Shown here: positions 27,149-37,408 of the stretch, one piece after another
Numbering within the stretch: the first letter of the stretch is position 1
Layout of the letters: each line of letters opens with the position of its first letter
From: Perkinsus olseni
Lineage: Eukaryota
Assembly: GCA_013115125.1 (NCBI GenBank)
Contig: JABANN010000238.1
Location: 1-48,432 of the forward strand
Reading direction: 5' to 3'
DNA: 48,432 nt
Made by a program: the position numbers and the translations under genes
The notes under the pieces: model-generated
The model's input: the letters and a program-made list of their open reading frames with translations, nothing else
The model's database searches: none
What the model was told of the DNA's origin: nothing

Positions 27149-27292
27149 CTAACCATGGTGTAATCACCGGTGTTGGTCAAACCCCACAAAGTGTTCGCCT
27201 TCAATTGGAGCTGCTTCGCTCCGCTGAAACTCGCTCGTCTGTTTACCTTAATGGTCGTCCTCGTAGCTACTACTAATCTTTTTATTACCATA

Positions 27293-29004
27293 ATGATTCG
27301 CAGTGCCATCGCTTTCGTCGGGACCTTCGCCGTCCTCTCCCAGGGTATGAGGACCAAATCCACGGCTCCAGCTGCGGCGGTAAGAGTCGACACCACGGCT
27401 GCTTCTGCCAGAGCTGACTTCTCAGGAATCTACGGATACTGAAGAGCTTGAGAGGCCGGTGGAGCTGAGCTCTGAAGCCCCGCTCAGTACGGACTACGAA
27501 CCCAATTATCAAGCTATCGATATAAGTGCCACGGTGGGTGGAGATGCCTCGTCGTGACTGCCGGAAAGAAGTTCGTCCTCTCAGTGGAATAAGGACGAGC
27601 CGGTCTTAGAACCCCAGGGCGGCGATTTTGAATCCTTGACGAACTCGGTGAATCGCCCCCGTCAGCTCAAGCCGACTGAACCGAAGTTCCACGCCTACAA
27701 GCCGGAATGGAATGACAAACAGTATAACGCGGATTGGTTCTGCCAATAGGTTATTAAGTCTTTACAGGTTCCCTGTGAAAATGGACAAGTCTAAGTACGT
27801 TACGGGAAAGGTGCCCGTACAGCAGACAACAGAGGGCCTCTTCGATTCGCCTGAGTAAAAAGGAAACGCACGCCCTCGGGAACTAGAGATGACTAATGTG
27901 CTGTTGTAGGATTGAGGATCTTCGTGAACAGCTCCAAACCTCTGATGACACGCTCATCAAGAAGGCCAAGGATGAACTCGGCTGCGATGTAATGATGGCA
28001 GCACGGTCGACTCATAATTCGTATCTTGTGCAGCACGGCCAATCCATCCAAGCTATTAAGGATGTCAGCGAGAACTCCGTCAACCAGGACAACGTCATCC
28101 AGGCCATCGACGCTTCTGCTGTAAGTCTCTTCCCTGTCCTTTGGTAGCGTATAACTGGTGCCTCAGAGCTTCGAGCCTGAAGCTCCCCCTCCCGTTCAAG
28201 CTGAAAGTGGTGTCGTCATTCAACAGAAGGCGCCTCGGGCTACTGTAAGGCCGCATCCTCGCCAGACCTGCTGACAGGGGCGCAACTAGGGTGAAACATT
28301 TGAAACAGAGTTTCGGGGCCCCGCCCCGTCCAAGGCCGAGAGGGGGCCCTTTGAGATAGGGAGCGTTGTATGCTCCCTATAGTAATAGGGCCCCCTACGG
28401 TGTTCGATTTTCTGGGCCCTCCTGGGCAAAATCGATCTGGTTGCGGCCCTGCCTGCTGATATCTTCGACAGCAGCGTTCGGATCGTTGATCTTCCTTCCC
28501 CTCAGAAAGTTCAGTTGGACATCTCCCATCGTTCCTCGGGCTCTGAGCTGTGGGATGAGGTGAGGGGACCTTAAGCCTTGGGAGTCGGTAGTAACTTGGG
28601 TTCTTCATAGGTTGGACGCTTCGCCACCAAGCTCCCCGAGGAGCCCGCCCCGGTCGGCGACAAGGTGGGTGATGTCGCTAAGGCTGCTCACATCACCGGC
28701 GCTGCTGAAAAGAAGGAATCCTTCCTGGCTCTCGGGGTAAGTCCAGAATGAAGCCTAAATTGGATCCGATTGTCTTCATGTTAGACCGAGGCTCAGAAGC
28801 TGAAGTCGATCAAGGCTTTCAGCAGCGGCTCACCTCCGGCTAAGGTAGTAACCCAAGCCCTTCCGTTGTGATAGCATTGACGGTTGCCTGCCTTAGTCTC
28901 GTAGGAAGAACTGCGATCCTCGTGCATACACGAAGGAGAAGCCCTATCAGCCTTGCTACGTTCCCGATTGGGTCGACCCTAAGATGCCTGAGACCAGACA
29001 TTAG
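27293..29004 (+). CDS. Secreted hypothetical protein B, paralogue of A, multi-exon
   Basis: Signal peptide MIRSAIAFVGTFAVLSQG. Spliced exons ESTDTEELERP.., WNKDEPVLEPQGGDFESLT..EPKFHAYKPEWNDK, IEDLREQLQ.. and final ..KPYQPCYVPDWVDPKMPETRH*. Confidence 0.75.
28275..28451. mobile_element. 177-bp non-autonomous hAT-type MITE in an intron
   Basis: 15-bp TIRs: CAGGGGCGCAACTAG (28275-28289) and CTGGTTGCGGCCCTG (28437-28451), 13/15 complementary. Perfect 8-bp TSD CCTGCTGA at 28267-28274 and 28452-28459. Internal hairpins. Confidence 0.9.
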
Positions 29005-29397
29005 TCATGCAACTACAGCATACAGATTGTTGTCCCTAAAGCAACTCCACTTGCGTTACAGTACGTCAGGCAACGGCCCTATCAGCGTGCAAATTCCCCA
29101 CCGAGTTGGGGGGACGAAGCTGCTATATATCATGACTCCGCCATGTAAAGATTGGAGAGGGTCTCACAGTAGAGTTATGCAAGTTAATCACACGCAAGTG
29201 GTCGTCATTCGCAGTCCATGCTCAAGGTCGTGGTGTACCATAGAACTGCTCTTTTCTTACGAAGAACCCATAACACCGAACGCATTTACCATATCGTGAT
29301 CATGCTCTCGTCATAACTATCTCATAATTATTGTCTCCCAAGTACGTTCTCCGTCACTATCATAACACAAGCTCGAAGAAGGTTGACGTAGGAACAG

Positions 29398-31464
29398 TTA
29401 CAAGAAATAGTCAGGCATCGGCTTCCTAGCTGGAAGGGCCCTCTCCTCGGCAGGAGCCGCGTGAAAGGTACGGAAGTCAATTTTAAGCTGTTCATCCAAG
29501 CATAGCACACTGGCAATATTTCCACACCTGGCAAAGGAGCAATCCTGACACATCTTTGGTGGGCGGCGAACTGCTCGATAGCGAACCATCAACGCATGGA
29601 GGCTCGAACAGCAGCGTTTCATCGTGCTACTGTGGCGATGCAACACTACGAATGAAGTGGCATCATGATTCGCGCAGCATTCCTATGACAACCCTTACTA
29701 AGAATGCAATTACTGAGAGAACTCACACGACGGGTTACTGAGAGTACAATGCAGCTACTTTTGAATACTTCGTACTATCACTAGAACTCACCTGTAGCAG
29801 TAGTTAGGGGCGCTCCATACTGTGCAGAGCTGTTCGTCGAACATCATCTTGTAACCTTCCATAACCAACTGATGCGCCCTTGCTATCAAAGTCACGGAGT
29901 TGGAGTGGTTCCATTGCCTGATGATTCGGCAGTACCCACACCGACACCGAGCGCCCCTGCTCACTTGACGATGTCTCCACCGAACAGCCAGCCGGCGCCC
30001 CTAGGAGACTCTGCCCATCCGTTGATCTCATCCGGATCCGACCTGCAATGAAAAACTACTTCACGGGGCTACTGATGACAAAACCGGTTATCCCAGAATA
30101 TGGCGCTAACAAATAACCGTTTTCCGAACTAAAACAGGGTGTTTTACTTCTAGGCCAAAGCATTGAATTAATAGTATTATTCTGTGAGGGAATTCGTGCT
30201 TGAAAAGTCGAATCTTCACGTTGAGCTATTTTAGAGATGTGCTGAGCGTCAGGTCAGTACCATCGAGCCGACTGGACAGTGGCAGATATGTCTCGATGGG
30301 GAGCCGTGAAGATGATACTTACCACATAATGTCCGACATTGGGCCTTCATGAGGGACCTCTTGCTTCCTGTCGATCAGACGAATTTCATCCATGGTGTGC
30401 CTGCCATCCGATGACGTCATAACATAGATGGAAATACAGCCGGCGACCGGCGACGTGGATGGCTCATTAGGTCAGGGCGTTCTGGCTCGTCACCATATCA
30501 GCGGAAACAGAGTCACTTACAGCGCCGGACTGAGCCCGCCGTGGACCGCGAAAACCTTGTTATCGATGATAGCACTGAGCGCCATGTAGTCGAACAGGTC
30601 CGTGCAGCACCTCCATACGTTAACCTTGCAAGGCCGAGAATCCACTTGAAAGACCGACTTACCACCCTGACTCACATTGCCGAATTTCCGCACACACTCG
30701 TCGTAGAAGCCGTAGACTTGTGTGATTTGCCGAGACTCATGATTACCCCTGATGAGCGTTATCCGATCCGGGTATCTCACCTGAGACGACCAGCAGCCCT
30801 AACCAGACGCACAGACGCCCACGATGGATCCAACAACCAAGCAGGAGACGCGAACTGCGAAAAACTAAGTAGCTATTCAGTAATCACTCAAGGAACACGC
30901 AGAATCGTCACGGTCTACCGCACGCTTCCTGTTGCGATAGAACCTCACCTTGAGAGCAATCAACAAGAGGAGCGTCTCGACGGAGTAGAAGCCTCTATCA
31001 ACATAGTCACCCAAAAACAAGTAATTCGTCTCGGGGCACTCACCACCGACCTGAACAGAGGCAATGAATCCCTATGGACATGATCGCCATGCTCTGGAGA
31101 CTCGATAGTCCTGACTGTGAACAGAGTGTTCACTTCCGATGAGTTTTTCCTCGTCACCCACAGCTATCATGAAATTCGTTCAAGCCACTCACCTTGAAGA
31201 GCTCCATGAGGTCGTAAAACTGGCCATGGATATCTCCACAGATGACTACAGGAGACTCGACCCGTTGGATATTATCTTCTTCTATTAGTATATCACGGCA
31301 TAAGGAGCACAGTTCTGAGAATGAATTATAGACTCCGAAACCATACGGAGAGACTCGCATCGTTAGACGCTTTACACGCCGGTATCACCTTTGACTTGAT
31401 TCGCCGGTAAGGTCTCGCACTTCCGAAGCCGGGCGATCTGCTGATCCAGCTGGGAGGTGTTCAT
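29398..31464 (-). CDS. PPP4C: Serine/threonine protein phosphatase 4 catalytic subunit (PP2A-like family), multi-exon
   Basis: [46 protein letters not shown] (PP4-type), [40 protein letters not shown] and C-terminal DYFL*. Confidence 0.9.
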
Positions 31465-31759
31465 AATAACGTGGACCGACGAACCTCACCAAAAAACTGC
31501 CCTCGCAGGCATCGACAACCACAGCTTTCCAGTTCATTCTCACGTAACTCGACCATGACCGATCATTTCAACCCTTCTCAGAACGATTGTTCCGACCAAC
31601 CCGCCCCGCATTCAGATCCGAAATAGACTTGAATCCAGCTCTAAACTCAACAGGGGGGCGACTACCGTTAACATGATCAGTTCATAAATTTCAATGACAC
31701 CGTCTCAAGCATGTCACTTTTGACATCTTGCCTCCGCTGGGTTCGCACGCATGCACATT

Positions 31760-33155
31760 TTAACGATATCCTGTGGTCGCCTCTTCGGGTTCCAAGAAGA
31801 ATACGTTGCACCAACTGTAGGTTACGTCCTTGGTACGGTGAGTGTAGGGACTTGCGTAATGCTCTGGCAGGACCAGATTGAGTTTATACCTATCAACAAC
31901 ATATGCCGAGAGTTGATGACGGCATCCTGCGCGATAATGAGCCGAAAACCCGCCGATGATCAACCCATGATTTGCCGACCTTATCGCCGAATCCACTCAG
32001 CGGCGAAAAACAAGGAAGAGAGTGGCACCATCCAAATTCCGCCGGTTCCCACCTGAAGCACGGTATGTTGCCGCAGAAGCCCATGTTGCCGACGACGACA
32101 GTGGAAGTGGAGAGAAGAGCCTTGTGGAACGGATCACTCTTTGTGGCCAAGTTGTGGAGGTAGTGACAAACTAATCTTGAGAATTCCAGATAGCCCGCCA
32201 GACCTAACAAACCAGTGTGGGGTGATTACTCGAGAGGCAATCGAGAGGCAAAGGATAGTGTACTCGCATAACCGCTACGGTTCAAAAATCTCTGCCCCCA
32301 AGAGGCGGTGGCGAAACACGCACTACGATGCGGATCGAAATTAATCACCCTCATCGTCTTGACCTGCAGCCCCCGGTCTGACAGCTTTACCAGCCGTAGG
32401 AGGACGACGGAACTGCTCAGCGGCATAGCGAATGGCATCCACTACGATCTCGTGGAGAACAGGATCCTGAGGACGTCGGGCGGGAGGAAACCACGCGCAG
32501 ACTAGCCCGAACAGGAGAATCGGGCCCGCGTGGATAGCCAATGATTGCTCAGGAATCCCCCGGACGTCCAAACTATAAACACATCGACAGCGTGCTAACA
32601 ACGCCGTGAACCAGGATCAGGACAATTTCTCGAAACGCAATCTGTGAACCCCCAACGGATGGTACGAGCTCCCGTTCTCTCTTCGCCCCAGTAGTACCCT
32701 ATCAACAAGTATCTGCGCAGTCTTGCTATGACTGGCCCCCACGATGATGTGCTCGGGATCGTATACTTTGTGGATGTCGGCTGTCCCTACACAATACGTA
32801 AAACGATCGCGTCTCGTAGGAATCACACTACCTCCGCTGGGGGCTTGGGGAGCATACCGATTAGCTGAGAAAAGAAGCCGCTAACCCCGATAAACAGGGA
32901 CACCACTAGACAAGCCCAATCATGCAAATGAAGACGTTTCTCCTCGCGATGATCCCGGGACGTTCTGTATTTCTTCGGGAGAAACAGGCAAGGAAAAGCC
33001 TCACCATTGGGAGCATTGCCAGGCTTGTGTGGTGCAGCAGTGACAGTGACCTCGTGATAGTAGTGCTGCTGAACCACCTTGTTTCCTCCGCCACCGCCAC
33101 CACCACCACGGCGACTGGGCGACCCGCGGCTCCTTCCCAAGTTGTTACGAGGCAT
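31760..33155 (-). CDS. Hypothetical membrane protein, multi-exon
   Basis: ATG 33155 followed by MPRNNLGRSRGSPSRRG8.., hydrophobic segments (WACLVVSLFIGVSGFF) and further exon-like blocks down to about 31800. No family recognised, and the 3' end is approximate. Confidence 0.5.
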
Positions 33156-33630
33156 TAGTTCCCGAATGAAGTGTTGAAAGACAGCTGAAGCAGTCTTGGA
33201 AATCTTCAGCTTTAAGTTTTCATTCAGGCCCAACGAGGGTTCGAGCGACACGAATTTGATACACCACGGCGACCACACAGGCACAGACGGCAGAAGCTGT
33301 AAGTACAGCTCACAGGCCCGATTATCTGCCAAACACGAGGATCTGCCGCGTCGACCGAACGTCCCCTATCCTCTTGAAGCTCCCCCCGCTGGGTTGCTGC
33401 CCCACTAGATGCCACCCAGATCAACGCCGAACATTTCCATCACATAACAGTTCTACACAATTTCCTCACTTACTATGATTATCTCACCCTCAACGGAGTT
33501 CGAAGCTCCCTCCGAGTAAAAGCAACCAAACAATGGGATACATTCAATAAATTATAGAAAATGCTAGACCGTATAAACGGTCTTATCCATCAGCACTGCT
33601 GACGGTGCTGAAGAAAACTAGTAACGCACC

Positions 33631-35201
33631 TCACACAATCTGACCTTCCTCAGCAAACTTGATATGGCCGGGAACCTTGCCAGCAAGGAGATCGGGAATG
33701 CTGATCCAGCAGCTGCCGTTGTCCAGACTCCGTCTACCCGCCTCCAGAATTGCAGTGGACGTCAGAGTGCTGGCAGCAGTAGGAAGGCACTTATCGAAGT
33801 CCTCTGGCTTAGCCTTGCCCGCATTTATCATTCTACAGGCATCAACGAAAGTCTCAATAGATCGATAACCGTATCCGTTCTGGCCAGAGAACTCGCCGTC
33901 AACCCCAGGAGTGTACTTCATGTACAGCGGGTTCACGGCAGCGTACCTAAGCAACAAAAGCTAAACCTTCATATTCACGCATTCGCCGAATCGCAAGCAC
34001 CCCCTTCCCCAAACAACAATTAGACAAAAGCGCCACCCGTCAACAAATTCAGCCGTCACTAAGTGTCAACCGACGAGAATGAACCGATACCTGTCCTACT
34101 TGTCGTTCTGTGTAACGGAGTATCCTCTATGTGCCTGGTCAGCCCTTATCTCTCCCTTGTGGCCTAGACACATGAACCTCTGCTGGGTATGGCACTCGGA
34201 GTTGTTCGGATGGGCCCAGGAGGCCATGTACACCGCCGTTCCTGAAAAGAAGGCCTATCACGAAGCGCGTGTACGTATATTGCTATTACCAATGGATCCA
34301 TCAGCACGGTTCTTCCACTCAGTGATGATTGTGATGGTATCCTCGGTTCCCTTGGGGCATCCAAACTCCTCGGAACTCGCAACACCCGTCGAGCCCACCG
34401 CCATCGCTCGAATGGGGTCAGCTAGACCTGAAAGATACCATCCAATTCAACCTATTTCGTATCTTGTCTTCTCAACCTACCATCCATGACCCAACAATGG
34501 TAGTCGACGTGGTGACTGTTGAGGTAGTAGCTAATATCCGAGCTCTTCCCCGCCCACGCCTTGAACGTGTGCAACTGATCTCTCGGCTGAGTCATAACCG
34601 AATCCCAGTGCTGGAATGCACCGAAATTCTCGGTGTCACGAATTTTCTCGCGAGCATCGGCGTAAACAGGGTCGTATCGCTTGTGAACCTCAACTTGAAC
34701 ATACACTCCGTTCTTCCTGGCAGCCTCGATAATCTTCTTATGAGCCTCGACCGTCATAACCATAGGCTTAGTAATCATTACATGAATGCCCCTCTCGATC
34801 GCGTACATGGCTATTTTATAGTGAGTAGGGTCGGGGGTGAAAATGGTGATCGCTCCACCCCTAGGAAGGGAGTCGATAGCCTGCTTGTACGCTTCAACAT
34901 CTCTATGGACATCATCTGCCGGCCATGTGGACATCGAGACGTCCACAGTGTTGTAAACCTTCGATATGTTCTCCTCGAACAGATCTCGAATGGCGGGGAA
35001 TTTCGTGCCGTTGGTACCAACACAGCCAATAGTGCCAACTTTACCACGTCTGCGGAGATCGAACATAACCAGACCAACCACGCCTTTGGTCTTGTCGCTT
35101 CGGGAGGCATGACCAGCGACATAACCAGTAGTGTACTCACCGGTACCAACCATGACCACGTTGAGAGGTTCAACCGAGTTTGCTGCAGTAGTTGATGACA
35201 T
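33631..35201 (-). CDS. Gfo/Idh/MocA-family NAD(P)-dependent oxidoreductase (D-galacturonate reductase-like)
   Basis: Rossmann start VVMVGTGEYTTGY, GVVGLVMFDLRRRGKV, TIFTPDPTH, HVMITKP, VEVHKRYDPVY, DISYYLNSHHVD, and GQNGYGYRSIETFVDA..TAILEAGRRSLD. Three short introns in the 3' half. Confidence 0.88.
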
Positions 35202-35427
35202 TAGAATTGCCTAGGATTAATGATGAACTACAGACAAAGTGTACTCGAATTTTGCATTCGAGACTCGACTCAGTCGGGTCGAGTCGAGCGGTAGCGGTTG
35301 TGGCTTCTTTTAACGAGGGATTAGACGTGAGACAAGATGTCGTGACAATCGATCAGTGTGGCGTGCGCAGAATAGACGCGCGCCCTATTCGATTTCCCTA
35401 CCGTCTCCATTCCACCCATACGTCGTA

Positions 35428-36585
35428 ATGTTGCGCCCATCCTCACCCCTCAAGTGGCTATTGGTCTATCTCGTTACCTGCACGCATGGGGAACATCTGA
35501 TGCTCTCCGAAGGAATTTACAAAAATAGATATCCAATTGTTGGTCTTGGTGACTTAAAAAGTATCGAACTTGACGCGAAGGACAGCGAGCGAGGCAAGCA
35601 CGGAAAAGTGAAGTTGAAGATGTCTGCAGCGTCTGCTGACTATGACTTGGTTTTGTCGATGAGCGATCATTTTGAAATGTTTCACACTCCTGCTTGTACA
35701 TATCTAGAGCCCGAAAGGAGGAGGTTGCGCGATTGCCTCCGTTTCGCCCAATCAACGGTTGCTGGAAGAAGCGGGTTGGCAGAATTCCTGAACACCCTGT
35801 ATACTGAGCTGAAAATCCCCTTCGAGTCGGGCATGAATTGGCTGAACAACATTCATGTGTGTTTACGTGAGGGCAGGTGGACCGCGTATCTTGGAAGAAG
35901 GCCATCCAGTGGTAGGAATATGCTCCAGTTGCTGTACCCAGTCGAGCTGTCGCTCACGGAATCGTCGTCAATGAGTAGAACCAGGGAACCAATGCCTTCT
36001 TCCCCTTTTTCCCGGGAACCTATCACCCTGGAACGCCTTTATGTACCGAGGCCCGGCATCCTCGAGGCCTCGGACGGCCAGGTGTTCGTGAGCATCACGG
36101 GGACGTCCATCGACCAACGGCTAGCCGAGTTGATCCTCGCTTTCAACACGGTGTCCCCGCCGACTGTGCCCATCATCAACGACCACTACATGAAATATGC
36201 CTATCGTGATGCGAGATACCCCTCGGACTCGATGACTGGTTTATCACTTCCACCAGTCCCGCTGCTTCACTACAAAGCGACGAGCGAGGTCGGCCGGTTT
36301 CCAACCACAAACAGGATCTGTTGGCGACTACATGTTCTTGATGATGACGATGATTTGCGGGACTTCGTCGAAACTGCCGCCGAGGGACTCAAGCTGCCCG
36401 AACTGAATGTCAGTAATATCCTTCTCTGCTACGTGAGCTCAGAATGGCAGCTCCGGCTTGGCCCGATTCATAAGGCTATCAGGCTGAGGTACGACGAGAA
36501 GCGCTGTGATAGTGAAGTGTTAATGGAGGCAACACCCTACGAGGCAGGGCCACCGTCAAACATGCCGAGGCTGGACCTTTTGTGA
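35428..36585 (+). CDS. Intronless hypothetical secreted protein (about 385 aa)
   Basis: Long uninterrupted ORF. First ATG at 35428 is followed by a signal-peptide-like MLRPSSPLKWLLVYLVTCTHG. No recognised domain. Confidence 0.75.
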   Translation: MLRPSSPLKWLLVYLVTCTHGEHLMLSEGIYKNRYPIVGLGDLKSIELDAKDSERGKHGKVKLKMSAASADYDLVLSMSDHFEMFHTPACTYLEPERRRLRDCLRFAQSTVAGRSGLAEFLNTLYTELKIPFESGMNWLNNIHVCLREGRWTAYLGRRPSSGRNMLQLLYPVELSLTESSSMSRTREPMPSSPFSREPITLERLYVPRPGILEASDGQVFVSITGTSIDQRLAELILAFNTVSPPTVPIINDHYMKYAYRDARYPSDSMTGLSLPPVPLLHYKATSEVGRFPTTNRICWRLHVLDDDDDLRDFVETAAEGLKLPELNVSNILLCYVSSEWQLRLGPIHKAIRLRYDEKRCDSEVLMEATPYEAGPPSNMPRLDLL

Positions 36586-37408
36586 TTGCGCCCCACCAAC
36601 GCAGGACATATGGAGAGGAATCACAGATTTATATCAGTTTTTTCGCTTACCGCTGTGTGTCATTTGTGCCATGGATATTGTGATACGACTCTATCGTTGA
36701 GTTAAGATAACTATAAACAGCTGAGCTGTGTTGTCTGCATCATCGGAAAGCTCGTAGCTTCCCTCGCAATGTGCTTCACACTGTGTGAGCCATGCCAATA
36801 AAACGCGTTTGAACGCCGTGAATCGAGTCCAACTTTCAAGTGGTCTCCATGACTGATAGTAAGCGAATGACACCTCTGTTACTGCGTTGGACTTCGCTCA
36901 TAACCAGATAGTTGCCCGACTGTGCCCCACCCATCAGGTGAGGGGTTCGAAAAACAGGTCAAGCTATGCTCAATTGTCATGCTCATAATCACCATTGGCG
37001 TCTCTTGGACCTTCGAGTGGTATCGAGCCTACAGCACTCGAAGAACGCCGCCGACGAGCAGCTTTGAATGTAGAACTGCTTTCGTTAATCGTCGAGAGGC
37101 GTGAGGAACATGCCGAGGATCAAGCCGTTTGAGACGGCACAGATTATGGCTGGGCAACCAAGTACCTTGTAAGATACTCCGGGATCTAGTGGGCGAACAG
37201 TGAGGGAGGCAACATCACTTATGCTAGAATCAGCCCGGCTATTCAACTCGACAAGCAAACAATCACCAGAACTTCAACTTCAAATTCTTCCGACCACAGT
37301 AGTCACCCACCAAAACCAATAGTGCACTATACAAGTGTATGTAGATTGTAGCGATGAGCGTCGGTACCTATGGAAACTCCAAATTACGATGCCTGTTGAA
37401 GAAGCACT

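Noticed and set aside
26764-27396. 210-aa - strand ORF
   Set aside because: It overlaps the 3' end of gene A and the signal-peptide exon of gene B on the opposite strand, and has no recognisable features.
28341-28396. Intronic hairpin as a snoRNA or miRNA
   Set aside because: It lies within TIR/TSD-bounded sequence and is better explained as internal MITE structure. No C/D or H/ACA boxes in the expected positions.
34464-35195. 243-aa + strand ORF
   Set aside because: Antisense shadow of the oxidoreductase exon. The same applies to 19681-20073 (RPS2), 30541-31083 (PP4) and 6296-6928 (SMC4).
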